In this document: piece after piece, positions 53,188-54,911 of the stretch
How positions within the stretch are numbered: position 1 is the first letter of the stretch
How the letters are laid out: each line of letters opens with the position of its first letter
Assembly (NCBI GenBank): GCA_023645945.1
Contig: JALAIB010000007.1
Span: 1-54,911 of the forward strand
Reading direction: 5' to 3'
Origin: Diploschistes diacapsis
Taxonomy: Eukaryota
DNA length: 54,911 nucleotides
The notes under the pieces: generated by a model
Databases searched by the model: none
Told to the model about the DNA's origin: nothing
Seen by the model: the letters and a program-made list of their open reading frames with translations, nothing else
Made by a program: the position numbers and the translations under genes

Positions 53188-54096
53188 TCTACGTCGGATG
53201 CACCTTGATGGTGTACTGATTGAGATTATCATCCCTAGTGAACACCTTGGCCGAACCGTTGAGACTCTTGTCGGAAAGCTCGTCCCAGAATATGCATGGG
53301 AAATAAACCTGTTTGACTTGCCCTTGTATACGCTTCGCTCATGGTGCTGACGGTGTTCGTCGCAGCGGAATTAATTCCCGCAGGAACTACAGAAGTACGG
53401 GCCGGAGTCGACGGTGGTAACCGGGCATTGATCAGGGTTGCGAGAGGGGAACGATTGGTTGGGCGCTTGCAGCGTCTTCTCCGCGACTTGTGATAACAAA
53501 CAAGGCAGAAGGCAGCGACGATGATATCGGTCCTTTTGCTTCCTCTCTTCTTGACTGAGGGAGATGAATATAGGCTCCGGGTACTAGTGTGAATGCCCAG
53601 ACTAGATCATTCCGAGCTCCGTTATCGGCTTCTTATACGTAAAGCATCGCGTGCGTTCATCGTGAGGGGGATCCGCGCGGCGCTCGAACGGTCTCTCTTC
53701 GTAGACGAGGGTCGTAAAAGGGTCCCCAAGTGAAGGTGGAGAAGCGGAGAGGGAATGAAGTCGGTCCGGCGAGTTGGTCGTGCCAGACAACACCGACACT
53801 CCGTAAGGGAAGCTCGAGCAAGCGGTCGAGCGTGGCGAGGTTATCCCAACGATCGCGCTGATAGGGTGCGTGTTTGCATAGAATTAATGGGTGCTAAGGA
53901 ATGGGTTGCCACAGCCCTTGTCGGGATAATACAGCTGAGGATGCGATGTCACGTTGCTGGCGAGTGAAGAGGGACCAGCATTCCGCGACGACGGTAAGGA
54001 CATACTCATATCGTCACGGTCCAATGAATCAAGCGTGTCGATATCCACAAAGGGCGACATGTTCAGAACACTTGGACCTGGACCCGCGACATTCAT
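53188..54096 (-). pseudogene. C2H2 zinc-finger transcription factor pseudogene with RIP-like mutations
   Basis: One frame from ATG 54096 carries in-frame TAA/TAG stops at 53884, 53602, 53584 and 53371 and reaches PYFCSSCGN*FRCDEHRQHHERSVY. After a frameshift it reads KVFTRDDNLNQYTIKVHP. Confidence 0.72.
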
Positions 54097-54911
54097 GAAC
54101 CTACAATAGTATCCATTGCTGCTTGACGTCAGGGGTCTGGTAACTAGTGGGGAGGAACCGGAATCCGGATAGGGTGCGGAAAAAGAATGGAGTCACGACA
54201 AATGAAAGAAACCAAGAGAGAAACCAACAGACTAGTGGACCCTTGCTCGAGGATGAAATAATCGCCATAGTAAGCAAGGAACTTGCGATCCTCTCCATAG
54301 CGCCGTTGGGGTACCATCGCGGAATCTTAGATAGATTGATCACAACAACTGAGTTCACGGACAGAAGGGAAGACCAACCGATTCATCCAAACATGGAACC
54401 ATCACCATCAAGACCTCCTCCGAACGGGGTCGAAGCGGTAATATCCAGGGGAGGAATGCACACACAACGCCTATACGAGGAAGAAGCTCACCTGCATCAT
54501 TCCAGCTTGGCAGGCCATGCCTGTCTGCGGATATCGATTCAGACTCCGAAGGGGAGATCCTGCTCCAACGTCTCGACCTTTTGCAAGCCGCGGATGAGAG
54601 CGAGCGTTCTCGTGCAGGATCTGTGCAGGGGTGGCTAAAAGCTGATAGAAACGTCAAAAGAAGGTCAAAGATAGCCATAGATGTGATTGTGTGCGAGATA
54701 GTAGGAATTCCCTCTTCTGCTGATCCGATTGCCCTTTCTTTTTCGCCTCTGCCTTTAGCTCTTCCGGCAGCCTCTTGTTTGGGCAAGTCTTATTCTGCCT
54801 ACTGTACACATAAATTACATGATAAGTACCATGGTTCTTAAGATACTTTCTCAGTCATATTAATTTATATACAACCATAAATATCTATAAAACTAACGTT
54901 CCTTCTAATTA

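Overview
Intron-rich, gene-dense window from a filamentous ascomycete (Pezizomycotina), judged by short GT-AG introns with CTAAC/CTGAC branch sites and fungal protein families. About 26 apparently intact or near-intact genes can be reconstructed by hand. They include a TAP-like hydrolase, a GH31 alpha-glucosidase, a CLD1-like lipase, SPO7, a dual-specificity phosphatase, END3, a BCS1-like AAA ATPase, a FYV7-like protein, a DUF4210/ATOS protein, MCM3, an aquaporin, a DPR-repeat dehydrin, a HAD-IIA hydrolase, LAT1, CSN2, an otubain, ATP18, SPC19, RAV2/Rogdi, an MME1-like carrier, a SUR7 protein and a dienelactone-hydrolase-like protein. There are three degraded genes: CapA-like, catechol O-methyltransferase-like, and a C2H2 zinc-finger gene with RIP-like C-to-T damage. 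There is also a small AT-rich repeat remnant. The most unusual signals are (1) four GC-rich islands that all switch from C-rich to G-rich across their centre regardless of gene orientation, (2) a dehydrin built by exon duplication whose apparent stop codon overlaps a splice donor, sitting next to an aquaporin, and (3) the mutated zinc-finger pseudogene beside an AT-rich window end. All family assignments come from motif recognition; no database search was run. I found no convincing tRNA, rRNA or CRISPR, and no clearly novel multi-gene system.
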